A program made the position numbers and the translations under genes. Under the pieces are notes generated by a model, which ran no database searches, was not told the DNA's origin, and was given only the letters and a program-made list of their open reading frames with translations. Below are positions 39,251 through 49,167 of a stretch of 64,000 bases of DNA, piece after piece. Numbering within the stretch: position 1 is the first letter of the stretch; each line of letters begins with the position of its first letter. Source of the stretch: Bacillota bacterium (lineage in GTDB: Bacteria > Bacillota > Negativicutes > CTSoil-072); NCBI GenBank assembly GCA_017889545.1, contig JAGFZV010000007.1, positions 82,435 to 146,434 of the forward strand, read 5' to 3'.

Positions 39251-39310
39251 TAAAAATAATGCAGCGAACCGGCTAATTTGATTAAAAGCCGGTTCGCTGC
39301 ATTATTTTTA
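39251..39310. terminator. Bidirectional terminator
   Basis: TAAAAATAATGCAGCGAACCGGCT..AGCCGGTTCGCTGCATTATTTTTA, 24-bp stem between convergent operons. Confidence 0.85.
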
Positions 39311-39322
39311 TACATTTGATCC

Positions 39323-40294
39323 TTATTTTACTGTTGCAATCATGCTGCGAATATCGATTGGTTTCGTCAGCATCCCGTTTTGTTTCAGAAATTCCTGAGT
39401 TTTTTCCAAATCTATGATGTCACTTTCCTTAATGGTTGGATCAAAATCATATAATCCAACCATGTTTTTCACCTGCTCTAAAGAAAGCCCGGTTTCTTGT
39501 GCCGTCATGCCATAAATCTCTTCGGGATGATCCTTCATATACTGCAAGCTTGCTGTATGAACATTCAAGTATCGCTTTACTAAATCCGGATATTTTGCCA
39601 AAAAATCTTCACGCACGGCAATCACAATTGTCGCGTCCAACAGCCCTTCGCCAGTAGTAACAATATGCGCGCCCGCTTCGATTGCTTTCGATACTGCCGG
39701 TCCTGCGATTAATGCCGCTTCGACATTGCCATTCAGCATTGCCGTCATCGCCGGAGGGATACCCATGTTTATGAAAGCAACATCATCTGCTTTCAGGCCT
39801 TCTTTCGCTTGCGCAGCTAACAGCAATTGATGAAGTATAGTCCCTTTCGGACCGGCTACTTGCTTTCCTTTTAAATCCGCAACGGTTTTAATCGCCGGGT
39901 CTTTTGCCATGAGTGTAAATGCCTTCGGCGCCCTGCTGTACATACCGATGACTTTTAATTTTACTCCGTTTGATGCCGCCAATATGGCTGAAGTACCGCC
40001 TAAAGCATTGGAAAAATCTAAGGAGCCTGCTGCCATCGCTTCCGTCATTTTAGGTCCTTCGGTAATTTCAGGAAAAACTACTTTTATATTGTCTTTCCCG
40101 AATTCCTTTTCGAATAAGTTCAGCTTCTTTTCCACTATGGAAGGGACATTCAGCGGTAATTTTACATATGAAATATTGATCGTGTCTGCTTTGGGCGCAG
40201 CGGCCGGCTGGTCCTTCTTCCCTTGCCCTCCGCAACCTGCCGTTATCATTGCCGCAAGAAGAATCGGCACAAGAAATTTTCCAATCACTTTCAT
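39323..40294 (-). CDS. ABC substrate-binding lipoprotein, SsuA/TauA/NrtA family
   Basis: Lipobox TAGC; PLNVP, G....EAMAAGSLD, DLKGK.VA.PKGT..HQLL. Confidence 0.85.
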   Translation of the reverse strand: MKVIGKFLVPILLAAMITAGCGGQGKKDQPAAAPKADTINISYVKLPLNVPSIVEKKLNLFEKEFGKDNIKVVFPEITEGPKMTEAMAAGSLDFSNALGGTSAILAASNGVKLKVIGMYSRAPKAFTLMAKDPAIKTVADLKGKQVAGPKGTILHQLLLAAQAKEGLKADDVAFINMGIPPAMTAMLNGNVEAALIAGPAVSKAIEAGAHIVTTGEGLLDATIVIAVREDFLAKYPDLVKRYLNVHTASLQYMKDHPEEIYGMTAQETGLSLEQVKNMVGLYDFDPTIKESDIIDLEKTQEFLKQNGMLTKPIDIRSMIATVK

Positions 40295-40326
40295 TTTACA
40301 CATCTCCTTTTCCTAATTGGGAAACT

Positions 40327-41070
40327 CTAATCACTCATAATGGTATTCATAATATCTTCACGCAAAAGGAAGAAAGCTTGTTCCGTTATGATGCGCGGGT
40401 AGTCAAGCGGAATTTCGACTTCCCGGACCACCCGTCCGGAATCCAGAATCACCGTTTTCTGGCCCAAAAAAACAGCTTCATCGACATCATGGGTAACAAA
40501 AACAATCGTTTTTCGCTGATATTGGAAAATATCAACCATTTCCCTTTGTAAATTTCGCCGCGTAAATGCGTCCAATGCACCCAATGGCTCGTCCATTAAG
40601 ATCAAATCCGGATCATAACATAACGTTCTGCCGACTGCAACCCGCTGCGCCATGCCGCCGGAAATCTGCCGGGGATATGCATCCTTGAACCGTTTCAGAC
40701 CAAGCATGGAGAGGAACCGTTCCACTGTTGCCTGCACTTTTTTGCTGTCCGGTTCATGGATAAGAGCCATCGCCATATTTTGTTCCACTGTCAACCAGGG
40801 CATTAAGCGAGGCTCCTGAAAAACCATACTGATCCTCTGCTCTTCACGGCTTTTCACTTTGCCTTCAACAGTAAACGTGATATTTCCGGATGTCAATGGT
40901 TCTAAATCGCATATCAGACGTAATAATGTGCTTTTTCCGCAGCCGCTTTTCCCCACAACAGTTACAAAACTGCCATCAGCAATCGACAGATTTACATTAG
41001 ACAAGGCATGGACCGGAACTCCTTTGATATAATAAACTTTTGTCGCTCCCCGAATTTCAACCCCTGCCAT
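40327..41070 (-). CDS. ABC ATPase, SsuB/TauB type
   Basis: GKSGCGKS, VFQEPRLMPW, ISGGMAQR, LMDEP, FVTHD motifs. Confidence 0.92.
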   Translation of the reverse strand: MAGVEIRGATKVYYIKGVPVHALSNVNLSIADGSFVTVVGKSGCGKSTLLRLICDLEPLTSGNITFTVEGKVKSREEQRISMVFQEPRLMPWLTVEQNMAMALIHEPDSKKVQATVERFLSMLGLKRFKDAYPRQISGGMAQRVAVGRTLCYDPDLILMDEPLGALDAFTRRNLQREMVDIFQYQRKTIVFVTHDVDEAVFLGQKTVILDSGRVVREVEIPLDYPRIITEQAFFLLREDIMNTIMSD

Positions 41071-41821
41071 AGTCCACCTGCCTGTCTTCCCACGGCATAA
41101 AATAATCCGTAAGTTTTAAGAAGCCATAATCAATACAATAGCCAAAAACACCAATCGTGATAATACCAACGAAGATAATATCCGGACGGGAAATCTGCTC
41201 CGCATCAATAATCATGTAGCCAATGCCGGAGGATGCCGCAATCAATTCAGCACCGATCAGAGACCGCCAACTGTATCCCAGTCCAAGACGCATTCCCAAA
41301 ATAATCGATGGCAAAGCGGAAGGAAGAATAATTTTCCGAAATCGTTCTAATGCAGTAAACTCGAAAACCTGGCCCACCTCAAGGAGTTTTTTGTCGCATC
41401 CTAACACACCGTTCAACGTGTTCAAAAAAACAGGAAAAAATGTGGCCAGCATAATAATCGCTATTTTGGGAGGCTCACCAATACCAAACCACAAAATCAA
41501 TATGGGAATGCAGGCCAATGGCGGCACATGCCGGATAAAATCCAAAATCGGATCAAAATAATCATTCCACTTTTTGTTCATTCCGAGGATAACCGCCAGC
41601 GGAAATGCCAGCATAAACGTTAAGGCAAACCCAAATAAAACGCGATATAAACTGATGCCGATATGCTTAAACAATACTCCGGTTTCAATAAGGCTGGACA
41701 TCGTACCGGCAATCGTAACCGGCGAAGGCAAAAGATAACTATTGAAAAAACCGGTTAGGGAACCGAAAAGCCATAACAACACGATCACAAGGGGGATGAT
41801 TATTCCTTTGATCAGTTTCAT
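41057..41821 (-). CDS. ABC permease, SsuC/TauC type
   Basis: LPSP, SLYRV..GF, PP.A.IP..ILWFGIGE, W..LIGAELI, GIGYMI motifs. Confidence 0.92.
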   Translation of the reverse strand: MKLIKGIIIPLVIVLLWLFGSLTGFFNSYLLPSPVTIAGTMSSLIETGVLFKHIGISLYRVLFGFALTFMLAFPLAVILGMNKKWNDYFDPILDFIRHVPPLACIPILILWFGIGEPPKIAIIMLATFFPVFLNTLNGVLGCDKKLLEVGQVFEFTALERFRKIILPSALPSIILGMRLGLGYSWRSLIGAELIAASSGIGYMIIDAEQISRPDIIFVGIITIGVFGYCIDYGFLKLTDYFMPWEDRQVDYGRG

Positions 41822-41963
41822 TGTTCCTCCTAGAATGAATAAGGGCCTTTTCCTTTATAGAAAAAGGCCCCGCTTTCTAATTCGCGCAGCATTCCTTTTT
41901 CCTCCCGCTCAGGACAACAATTCCCCTGCTATCAGAAAAATATACCATTACCTTGGTAAAATC

Positions 41964-41993
41964 ATTATATCACTACCAATTTTTGTTGGTCAA
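41964..41993 (-). promoter_or_regulatory. SigA promoter of the sulfonate-type ABC operon
   Basis: TTGACC-N18-TATAAT with extended -10 TG on the minus strand. Confidence 0.6.
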
Positions 41994-42081
41994 TCTAATT
42001 TATCTTGCACAGCGGCAGGAAATATCAGCCATTTCAAAGAAATAACGGCTCATACAGTATCTTAAGACAGGGGGTTCCGCT

Positions 42082-43686
42082 TTGAATTGGAAAAATATTC
42101 TTTTTAGCATTTTCCTCATTGCGATAACCGGTTCTTTGCTAACGGGCTGCCTAACCGCTCAAAAATCATCTAAAAATGCATTACGCTATTCAGCCGGCGC
42201 TGAACCGCAAACCTTGGACCCAAGGAAATCAACCGGCCTGCCGGAAGCAAATATCGAGGCGCAAATTTTCGAGGGACTTACTACCATCGGTCCTAATGGG
42301 CAACCTTTGCCTGCCGTCGCAGAATATTGGACAATTTCCGCTGATGGCTTGCATTACAAATTTTTTCTACGGAAAAATGCCCGCTGGTCGAACGGTGATC
42401 CTGTGATCGCCAAGGATTTTGAATATGCCTGGAAATCAGCGTTAAATCCTAAACTGGCGAGTGAATATGCCTATCAGTTGTATTATTTAAAAAATGGCGA
42501 AGCGTATAACAAAGGCTTTACCGACGAAACTCAAGTAGGCGTAAATGCATTGGACGCTCATACGTTGGAAATCGATTTGGAGCAGCCTACGGCATATTTT
42601 CTTTCCCTCCTGGCCTTTCATACTTATTACCCCGTTCATCTTCAGACTGTTCAAAACAACGACCTTTGGGCAACAGAACCAAAAACATTGGTCGGTAACG
42701 GGCCTTTTAAAATAACAAATTGGATCCATAACAGCAAAATAGAGTTCAGTCAAAATGACTTTTATTGGGACATTGATAAAGTGAAAATTAAGAGTCTTGA
42801 ATTCATCTTGACAGAAAGCAGCGCGGCCGAGTTGGCAATGTTCGAAAATAAACAAATCGATGTCGGAGAAAACATTCCTGTTTCCGAATATCCCCGATTG
42901 TTGGATGCCGGCGTTTTAAAAATCAATCCTTTTCTGGGAACGTATTTCTTCTGTTTTAATACAACAAAGCCTCCTCTCGATAACCCGAAAGTAAGAAAGG
43001 CGCTATCTCTGGCTATCAATCGTGAAGAACTAATACAGCATGTTACCAAAGGCGGTCAAAAACCTGCTTTAGCCTGGGTTCCCTATGGTTTAGCCGATGC
43101 AGCCGGAACTGCCGATTTCCGATTGGTTGGCGGCAGCTATCTGCAAGATAACGATATTGCCACAGCCCGCCGTCTCCTGGCGGAAGCCGGATATCCGGAA
43201 GGACAAGGGTTACCGGTCATCGCTCTCTTGTACAATACGAATGAAATGCATAAAGCGATTGCCGAAGCAGTCCAGGAAATGTGGAAAAAAAATTTAGGCA
43301 TTTCAGTCAATTTAACAAACCAGGAATGGAAGGTTTTCCTCAACTCACGCCACAAAGGCGACTACCAAATTGCCCGCCATGGCTGGATCGGCGATTACGC
43401 CGACCCCATGACCTTTATCGACATGTTTATGTCCGATAGCGGCAACAATGACGCCCAGTATAAAAATCCCGAATATGATCGTTTGGTGAAAGCTGCCAAA
43501 TCGGCTTCCGATCCCAGACTGCGAATGCAGATAATGCATGCTGCTGAACAGCTATTATTTGACGATGCAGTACTTGCTCCAGTATATTTTTATACTCGCC
43601 CCTTATTAATTCGGCCGTCAATAAAAGGAGTTCTTCACTCTGTACTGGGCGTCATCTATTTTAAAGAAGCTTATATTGAGCAATAG
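42082..43686 (+). CDS. oppA: Oligopeptide ABC substrate-binding lipoprotein
   Basis: Lipobox LTGC; EPQTLDP, FEGL, WSNGDP, NGPF, VRKALSLAI, GWIGDYADP motifs. Confidence 0.92.
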   Translation: MNWKNILFSIFLIAITGSLLTGCLTAQKSSKNALRYSAGAEPQTLDPRKSTGLPEANIEAQIFEGLTTIGPNGQPLPAVAEYWTISADGLHYKFFLRKNARWSNGDPVIAKDFEYAWKSALNPKLASEYAYQLYYLKNGEAYNKGFTDETQVGVNALDAHTLEIDLEQPTAYFLSLLAFHTYYPVHLQTVQNNDLWATEPKTLVGNGPFKITNWIHNSKIEFSQNDFYWDIDKVKIKSLEFILTESSAAELAMFENKQIDVGENIPVSEYPRLLDAGVLKINPFLGTYFFCFNTTKPPLDNPKVRKALSLAINREELIQHVTKGGQKPALAWVPYGLADAAGTADFRLVGGSYLQDNDIATARRLLAEAGYPEGQGLPVIALLYNTNEMHKAIAEAVQEMWKKNLGISVNLTNQEWKVFLNSRHKGDYQIARHGWIGDYADPMTFIDMFMSDSGNNDAQYKNPEYDRLVKAAKSASDPRLRMQIMHAAEQLLFDDAVLAPVYFYTRPLLIRPSIKGVLHSVLGVIYFKEAYIEQ

Positions 43687-43704
43687 TGAAAGGAGCTGTG
43701 TTAC

Positions 43705-44637
43705 GTGATGCACTTTCTGATCCATCGGCTGGCCTCCATGTTTCTTGTCTTATTTGTGATCATCACCGCAACCTTTCTGCTGATGCACGCTATTCCAGGC
43801 GGTCCTTTTACCACGGAAAAGAATTTGCCGGAAGCAATTCAAAAAAATATGGAAGAACGCTATCACCTGAACGACCCCTTATGGAAACAATATGCAGATT
43901 ATTTAGCTCATGTCGCAAGCGGCGATCTAGGTCCTTCTTTTAAGTATGAAAACCGTTCTGTCAATGACCTGATCCGGGAAAGTTTTCCTGTATCCGCGGA
44001 ATTAGGAGTAATCGCCATATTTTGGGCCATTTGTTTGGGGATACCGGCCGGAATCATTGCCGCAGTTTACCATAATCGCTGGCCTGATTATATTGCTATG
44101 TTTTTAACTACAATAGGAATATCCGTTCCGGGTTTTATTCTTGCCGCCTTGCTCATTTTTGTCTTTGCTCTGCAGTTGGGCTGGCTTCCGGCCGCATTAT
44201 GGGAAGGTCCTTCATCAACTGTATTGCCGGCTCTGGCTTTGACAGGATTGCCCACCGCTTTTATTGCCCGCCTGACTCGTTCCGGGATGCTGGAAGTTCT
44301 TAACCAGGATTACATTCGGACCGTTCGCGCTAAAGGCTTGTCTCAATATACTATTTTAACCCGTCATGCACTTAAGAACGCTCTGATCCCGGTGGTTACG
44401 TATTTAGGGCCTCTCATTGCCGGGATCCTTACCGGCAGTTTTGTGATTGAAACCATTTTTGCCATTCCCGGGCTGGGACGCCACTTCGTTACCAGTATTT
44501 ATAACCGCGATTATACCGTAATCCTGGGCATCACGATATTTTACAGCGCTTTGCTTGTCACCTTGAACCTCTTGGTGGATATCGTTTATGCGCTGTTAGA
44601 TCCGCGAATAAAGTTAAATGAAGGAAAGGATGATTAA
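43705..44637 (+). CDS. oppB: Oligopeptide ABC permease
   Basis: PGGPF, GDLGPS, DYIRT.RAKGL, HALKNA, IETIFAIPGLG, RDY motifs. Confidence 0.93.
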   Translation: MMHFLIHRLASMFLVLFVIITATFLLMHAIPGGPFTTEKNLPEAIQKNMEERYHLNDPLWKQYADYLAHVASGDLGPSFKYENRSVNDLIRESFPVSAELGVIAIFWAICLGIPAGIIAAVYHNRWPDYIAMFLTTIGISVPGFILAALLIFVFALQLGWLPAALWEGPSSTVLPALALTGLPTAFIARLTRSGMLEVLNQDYIRTVRAKGLSQYTILTRHALKNALIPVVTYLGPLIAGILTGSFVIETIFAIPGLGRHFVTSIYNRDYTVILGITIFYSALLVTLNLLVDIVYALLDPRIKLNEGKDD

Positions 44638-44638
44638 T

Positions 44639-45553
44639 ATGCACATCACTCCTTCAGCCTTTCATCGGACACCTTTTCCGCAAGAACCGCTCTCAACCGC
44701 TTCAGCAACAGGCACGTCATACTGGCAAGATGCATGGCGTCGACTGCAAAACAATAAGCTTGCCATAGCCGGACTAATTTTTATCCTGCTAATCACTTTA
44801 GCGGCGATTGCAGGTCCCCATTTTTCCGGTTATTCTTACGCAGACCAAAATCTTCCAGAAGCAAACCAACCTCCGTCTTCCATGCATTGGTTCGGGACCG
44901 ACAACCTCGGTAGAGATCTGATGACCAGAGTTTTGTACGGCGCCCGTATTTCTCTATCGATCGGGATCGCTGCCAGTCTCATCAATCTCACAGTCGGTGT
45001 CCTGTATGGCGGAATAGCCGGCTATGCCGGCGGCCGTATTGATAATATCATGATGCGAATTGTTGACATCCTTTACGGCATCCCGCTTCTTCTTTACGTC
45101 ATATTATTAATGGTTGTTCTCGGGCCGGGCTTACTGAATATTTTTCTGGCTCTTGGATTGGTATATTGGTTGGGCATGGCTCGAATTGTACGGGGACAAA
45201 TCTTAACGATTAAAAAACAAGAATATGTATTAGCCGCGCGTCTAACCGGCGCCAGCTCTGCCAGAATACTGCTCCGGCATTTAATTCCCAACAGCATAGG
45301 TCCAATTCTAATCACAACAACACTTGCTATTCCAGAAGCAATTTTCACTGAAGCGTTCCTCAGTTTCATCGGCTTGGGCGTTTCTGCCCCCATGGCAAGC
45401 TGGGGCGTTCTGGCCTCAGAAGGGGTTGTCAGTTTGCGGTCATACCCGTTTCAACTCTTGTACCCTGCTTTAGCAATCAGCATTACCATGTTATCTTTTA
45501 ACTTTCTCGGGGATGGTCTGCGGGATTCGCTTGACCCAAGAATGCGCAAATAA
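44639..45553 (+). CDS. oppC: Oligopeptide ABC permease
   Basis: HWFGTDNLGRD, GARISL, ARIVRGQ, EAFLSFIGLG, LGDGLRD.LDP motifs. Confidence 0.93.
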   Translation: MHITPSAFHRTPFPQEPLSTASATGTSYWQDAWRRLQNNKLAIAGLIFILLITLAAIAGPHFSGYSYADQNLPEANQPPSSMHWFGTDNLGRDLMTRVLYGARISLSIGIAASLINLTVGVLYGGIAGYAGGRIDNIMMRIVDILYGIPLLLYVILLMVVLGPGLLNIFLALGLVYWLGMARIVRGQILTIKKQEYVLAARLTGASSARILLRHLIPNSIGPILITTTLAIPEAIFTEAFLSFIGLGVSAPMASWGVLASEGVVSLRSYPFQLLYPALAISITMLSFNFLGDGLRDSLDPRMRK

Positions 45554-45565
45554 GGAGTTGTCGGT

Positions 45566-46579
45566 ATGCCGGTACTATTAGATGTACAAAACCTTTCTGT
45601 CATTTTTCACACATATGCTGGGACCGTTCGGGCTGTCAATAACGTCAGTTTCACAGTAAACCAAGGTAAAATCATAGGCATCGTTGGTGAATCGGGCTGC
45701 GGCAAAAGTGCGACAGCACAGGCGATCATGGGGATACTTCCACAACCGCCCGCCGAAATGATCAGTGGCGGAATTTACCTTGATGCAGCAGAACTGACTG
45801 CCTTGTCGGAAAAAGAGTTGCAACATATCCGCGGCAAAAAAATGAGTATGATTTTTCAAGATCCAATGACTGCCTTAAACCCGGTACTGACAATTGGCCT
45901 GCAAATCGCAGAAATGTTTATGCACCATCAACACTTAGCTTATAAAGATGCATTACTGCAAGCGGAAAAAGCGTTGTATTCCGTTGACATTCCAGCTCCC
46001 AAGGCCCGTCTTGAACAATATCCGCACCAATTAAGCGGAGGCATGCGCCAACGGGTAATGATTGCGATGGCATTGGCTTGTCAACCGAAACTGATCATCG
46101 CTGACGAGCCGACGACTGCACTTGATGTAACGATACAAGCGCAAATCATCGATTTGCTGCGATCAAAAAACCAAAAATTAGGCACTTCTATTATTTTAAT
46201 TTCTCATGATTTAGGCGTCATAGCCAGTCTTTGCCAGCGAGTTCTTGTCATGTATGCTGGTGAAATCATCGAAGCCGCCCCAGCCGCTGATCTATATCGT
46301 CTGCCAGCTCACCCTTATACTTACGGATTACTGCAATCAGTCCCACGGCCTGACCGCAAAAACCATGGTTTGCTCTCTATTGCCGGTCAACCGCCAAATC
46401 TCCTAAAAATTTCTTCTGGGTGTTCTTTTGGCCCGCGCTGTTCTTATTCCATGGAAATTTGCCGGCAAAAACCGCCTCTGCTGTCCGTTGGCGAACAACA
46501 TGCTACCCGTTGCTGGCTGGCTCACACAGATTCACCGCACCGGCAAATGCTCTTGCAAGGAGGGCTATTGATCAAATGA
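45566..46579 (+). CDS. oppD: Oligopeptide ABC ATPase
   Basis: GESGCGKS, IFQDPM, YPHQLSGGMRQR, ADEPTTALD, HPYT motifs. Confidence 0.94.
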   Translation: MPVLLDVQNLSVIFHTYAGTVRAVNNVSFTVNQGKIIGIVGESGCGKSATAQAIMGILPQPPAEMISGGIYLDAAELTALSEKELQHIRGKKMSMIFQDPMTALNPVLTIGLQIAEMFMHHQHLAYKDALLQAEKALYSVDIPAPKARLEQYPHQLSGGMRQRVMIAMALACQPKLIIADEPTTALDVTIQAQIIDLLRSKNQKLGTSIILISHDLGVIASLCQRVLVMYAGEIIEAAPAADLYRLPAHPYTYGLLQSVPRPDRKNHGLLSIAGQPPNLLKISSGCSFGPRCSYSMEICRQKPPLLSVGEQHATRCWLAHTDSPHRQMLLQGGLLIK

Positions 46580-47553
46580 ACACAACGATTTTATCTGTCG
46601 ATCGTCTCAGCAAATTTTTTGTCTTAAACCGGACTTTTTTAGGAAACGCTGCTGCAACCGTTAAAGCGGTAGATACTGTAAGCTTTAGTATATTTCCAGG
46701 GGAAACGTTAGGTTTGGTGGGTGAAACAGGCTGCGGAAAATCAACTCTTGCCCGAACAATTGCCGGCCTATATTCACCGACGGAGGGAAAAGTTCTGTTT
46801 AAAGGGCAAAACATTCACTGTGACCATGGAAAAGAAACGAACATGCTGTTCAAGCGCCAAATACAAATGATCTTTCAAGATCCCTATTCATCACTAAACC
46901 CCCGGATGACCATTCATGATATTATTGAAGAGCCGCTTAACATTCACAAACTCGCAAAAGGAAAAGAAAAAGAAGCGCGAATTTCATCTCTTTTGCTTCA
47001 AGTGGGATTAAACCCGGAATATGGCAGCCGTTTCCCGCATGAGTGCAGCGGCGGGCAAAGGCAAAGGGTCGGAATTGCACGTGCCTTGGCAGTAAGTCCG
47101 GAATTGATTGTCTGTGACGAACCAATTTCCGCATTGGATGTATCCATTCAGGCGCAAATTATCAACTTATTAGAACAACTGCAAACCGAGTTAAGATTGA
47201 CATACTTATTCATAGCACACGATTTATCAATGGTTCGCCATATCAGCACGCGTGTTGCTGTGATGTATCTTGGTTCATTAGTGGAATTGGCGTCAACAGA
47301 AGAACTATATTCTCATCCTTTGCATCCTTACACGCAAGCATTGCTTTCTGCCATTCCCATTCCTGATCCGGCTATTGAGTCTCACCGGAAACGAATACTG
47401 TTGCCTGGTGATATTCCCAGCCCCCTTGATCCGCCATCCGGATGCAAATTCCACAGCAGGTGCCATTATGCAATGCCAATTTGCCAAAAATCTCCTCCGG
47501 AACTAACCGCAACGGATCTCAATCACTATACAGCCTGTCATTTGGTAAAGTAA
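46576..47553 (+). CDS. oppF: Oligopeptide ABC ATPase
   Basis: GETGCGKS, FQDPYSSLNPR, SGGQRQR, CDEPISALD, HPYT; start at ATG 46576 overlapping the oppD stop. Confidence 0.93.
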   Translation: MNTTILSVDRLSKFFVLNRTFLGNAAATVKAVDTVSFSIFPGETLGLVGETGCGKSTLARTIAGLYSPTEGKVLFKGQNIHCDHGKETNMLFKRQIQMIFQDPYSSLNPRMTIHDIIEEPLNIHKLAKGKEKEARISSLLLQVGLNPEYGSRFPHECSGGQRQRVGIARALAVSPELIVCDEPISALDVSIQAQIINLLEQLQTELRLTYLFIAHDLSMVRHISTRVAVMYLGSLVELASTEELYSHPLHPYTQALLSAIPIPDPAIESHRKRILLPGDIPSPLDPPSGCKFHSRCHYAMPICQKSPPELTATDLNHYTACHLVK

Positions 47554-47649
47554 GGCGTTACCAAAAAATTATTACCTATCCTCCTGTAGGGAAATATATA
47601 CACGATAGCTAATATAATCATTATACAATTGAAAAAACGAGGTGATCAA

Positions 47650-49038
47650 ATGCCTGGACAACCCTCTTCTCTGGACATCCGTCCCCGCATCCTGTATCAG
47701 GTTGCAAAAGCAGCCTGGGAGGGGCAATTGTTTGACCGGCGGGAAGAGATCTGTCAACTGGTTCTTACTGAATTCCAAGACAAAGCCAGCCGCCGCCAAG
47801 TAGCGAATCAAATCCGGATTGCAATGGGCTTAAATCCGCATGATTCCGACACAGTAATTGCAGAAAGTGATGAAGAGGCCTTGATGGGCTTGGGCAGCGA
47901 GCCTGTTATCGTCGCTAATACAGCTGCCTGTGAACGTTGTCCTGAAAACAACAGAAATTGTGAAAACATTTGTCCGCTTGGCGCCATCAGTAAAGATGAG
48001 TATGGAATACTGAAAATCGACCATGATCGGTGCCTGGGAGAAGGCGACTGCATATCAGCTTGTTCTTTTGGCGCGCTGGCGGAAAAATCCCAGTTTGTTC
48101 CTCTCATCCACTTGCTGCAACAAAAGACAAATCCGGTTTATGTTTCTCTTGCTCCTGCTTTTGTAGGACAATTTGGACCGGAAGTCTCACCTGGCAAACT
48201 AAGATCCGCACTATTGCGTCTGGGTTTCACGGATGTAGTGGAAACGGCCCTGTACGCCGACTTGATTACGATCAAGGAAGCCTTTGAATTTGATGATCAT
48301 GTTAAAACAACAGATGACTTCATGATCACCAGCTGTTGTTGCCCGGTATGGATAAAACTCATTGAAAACAAATTCCCTGAATTAATGCCGCATATCTCAC
48401 CTTCCGTTTCTCCCATGGTGGCATCCGCCCGTGTAATCAAAACGCTCGTTCCAGATGCCAAAGTGGTCTTTATCGGTCCTTGCATAGCAAAGAAAACAGA
48501 AGCCACTTTGCCGGACTTGCAAGGCGCAGTCGATTATGTACTGACGTTTCAGGAGCTGCAGGCGATCTTCGCTGCTGCCGCCATCTCACCTGCAGAACAA
48601 CCGGATGAAGAAAATCCGCAAGCATCTTGGAGCGGCCGGATTTACGCCCGTACAGGCGGCGTAAGCGAAGCAGTTGCCACCACCCTGCAAAAATTGGTTC
48701 CCCGCAGAGCATTAACGTTAATGCCGGTGAAAGTGGATGGAATACCTGACTGTCAAAAAATACTTGACCAAATTAAGCAAGGGCAGCTGTCCGCCAACTT
48801 CGTGGAAGGAATGGCTTGCAAAGGCGGCTGCGTTGGCGGCCCGGGACGAATAATTCCACCTGCCGAAGCCACCCTCCTTACAAACGAATACGGCAATCAG
48901 GCTAAATCCCAGACCCCTGTGGAAAATCCCGAAGTGTATACAATCCTTGCCCAGCTCGGTCAAGACCAAAAGATGCCGGCATTAACCGGGCAAAGTCCGA
49001 TGGGCTTGATTTTGGCACGGAAACTTGCTAAGAAGTAA
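47650..49038 (+). CDS. Monomeric [FeFe]-hydrogenase, group B type
   Basis: H-cluster motifs P1 TSCCCP, P2 GPCIAKKTE, P3 EGMACKGGCVGG; N-terminal ferredoxin-like Cys motifs. Confidence 0.88.
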   Translation: MPGQPSSLDIRPRILYQVAKAAWEGQLFDRREEICQLVLTEFQDKASRRQVANQIRIAMGLNPHDSDTVIAESDEEALMGLGSEPVIVANTAACERCPENNRNCENICPLGAISKDEYGILKIDHDRCLGEGDCISACSFGALAEKSQFVPLIHLLQQKTNPVYVSLAPAFVGQFGPEVSPGKLRSALLRLGFTDVVETALYADLITIKEAFEFDDHVKTTDDFMITSCCCPVWIKLIENKFPELMPHISPSVSPMVASARVIKTLVPDAKVVFIGPCIAKKTEATLPDLQGAVDYVLTFQELQAIFAAAAISPAEQPDEENPQASWSGRIYARTGGVSEAVATTLQKLVPRRALTLMPVKVDGIPDCQKILDQIKQGQLSANFVEGMACKGGCVGGPGRIIPPAEATLLTNEYGNQAKSQTPVENPEVYTILAQLGQDQKMPALTGQSPMGLILARKLAKK

Positions 49039-49096
49039 ATCCTTTTATACCATTCCAAATATTCCATTTTTTGCGTATTTTGTATACTTTATGCTA

Positions 49097-49125
49097 TTGC
49101 ATTCTCTGCCAAATCGTTCTACAAT
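49097..49125 (+). promoter_or_regulatory. SigA promoter candidate
   Basis: TTGCAT-N17-TACAAT upstream of the carboxytransferase gene. Confidence 0.55.
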
Positions 49126-49167
49126 GAATCATACCAATGAACAAAATCAATCGCGAAGGGTGATTAA

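Noticed and set aside
31181-39322. Integrative element boundaries around the acyl-CoA cluster
   Set aside because: No integrase, transposase, tRNA target or flanking direct repeats were found by eye, so mobility is not supported beyond a compositional impression.
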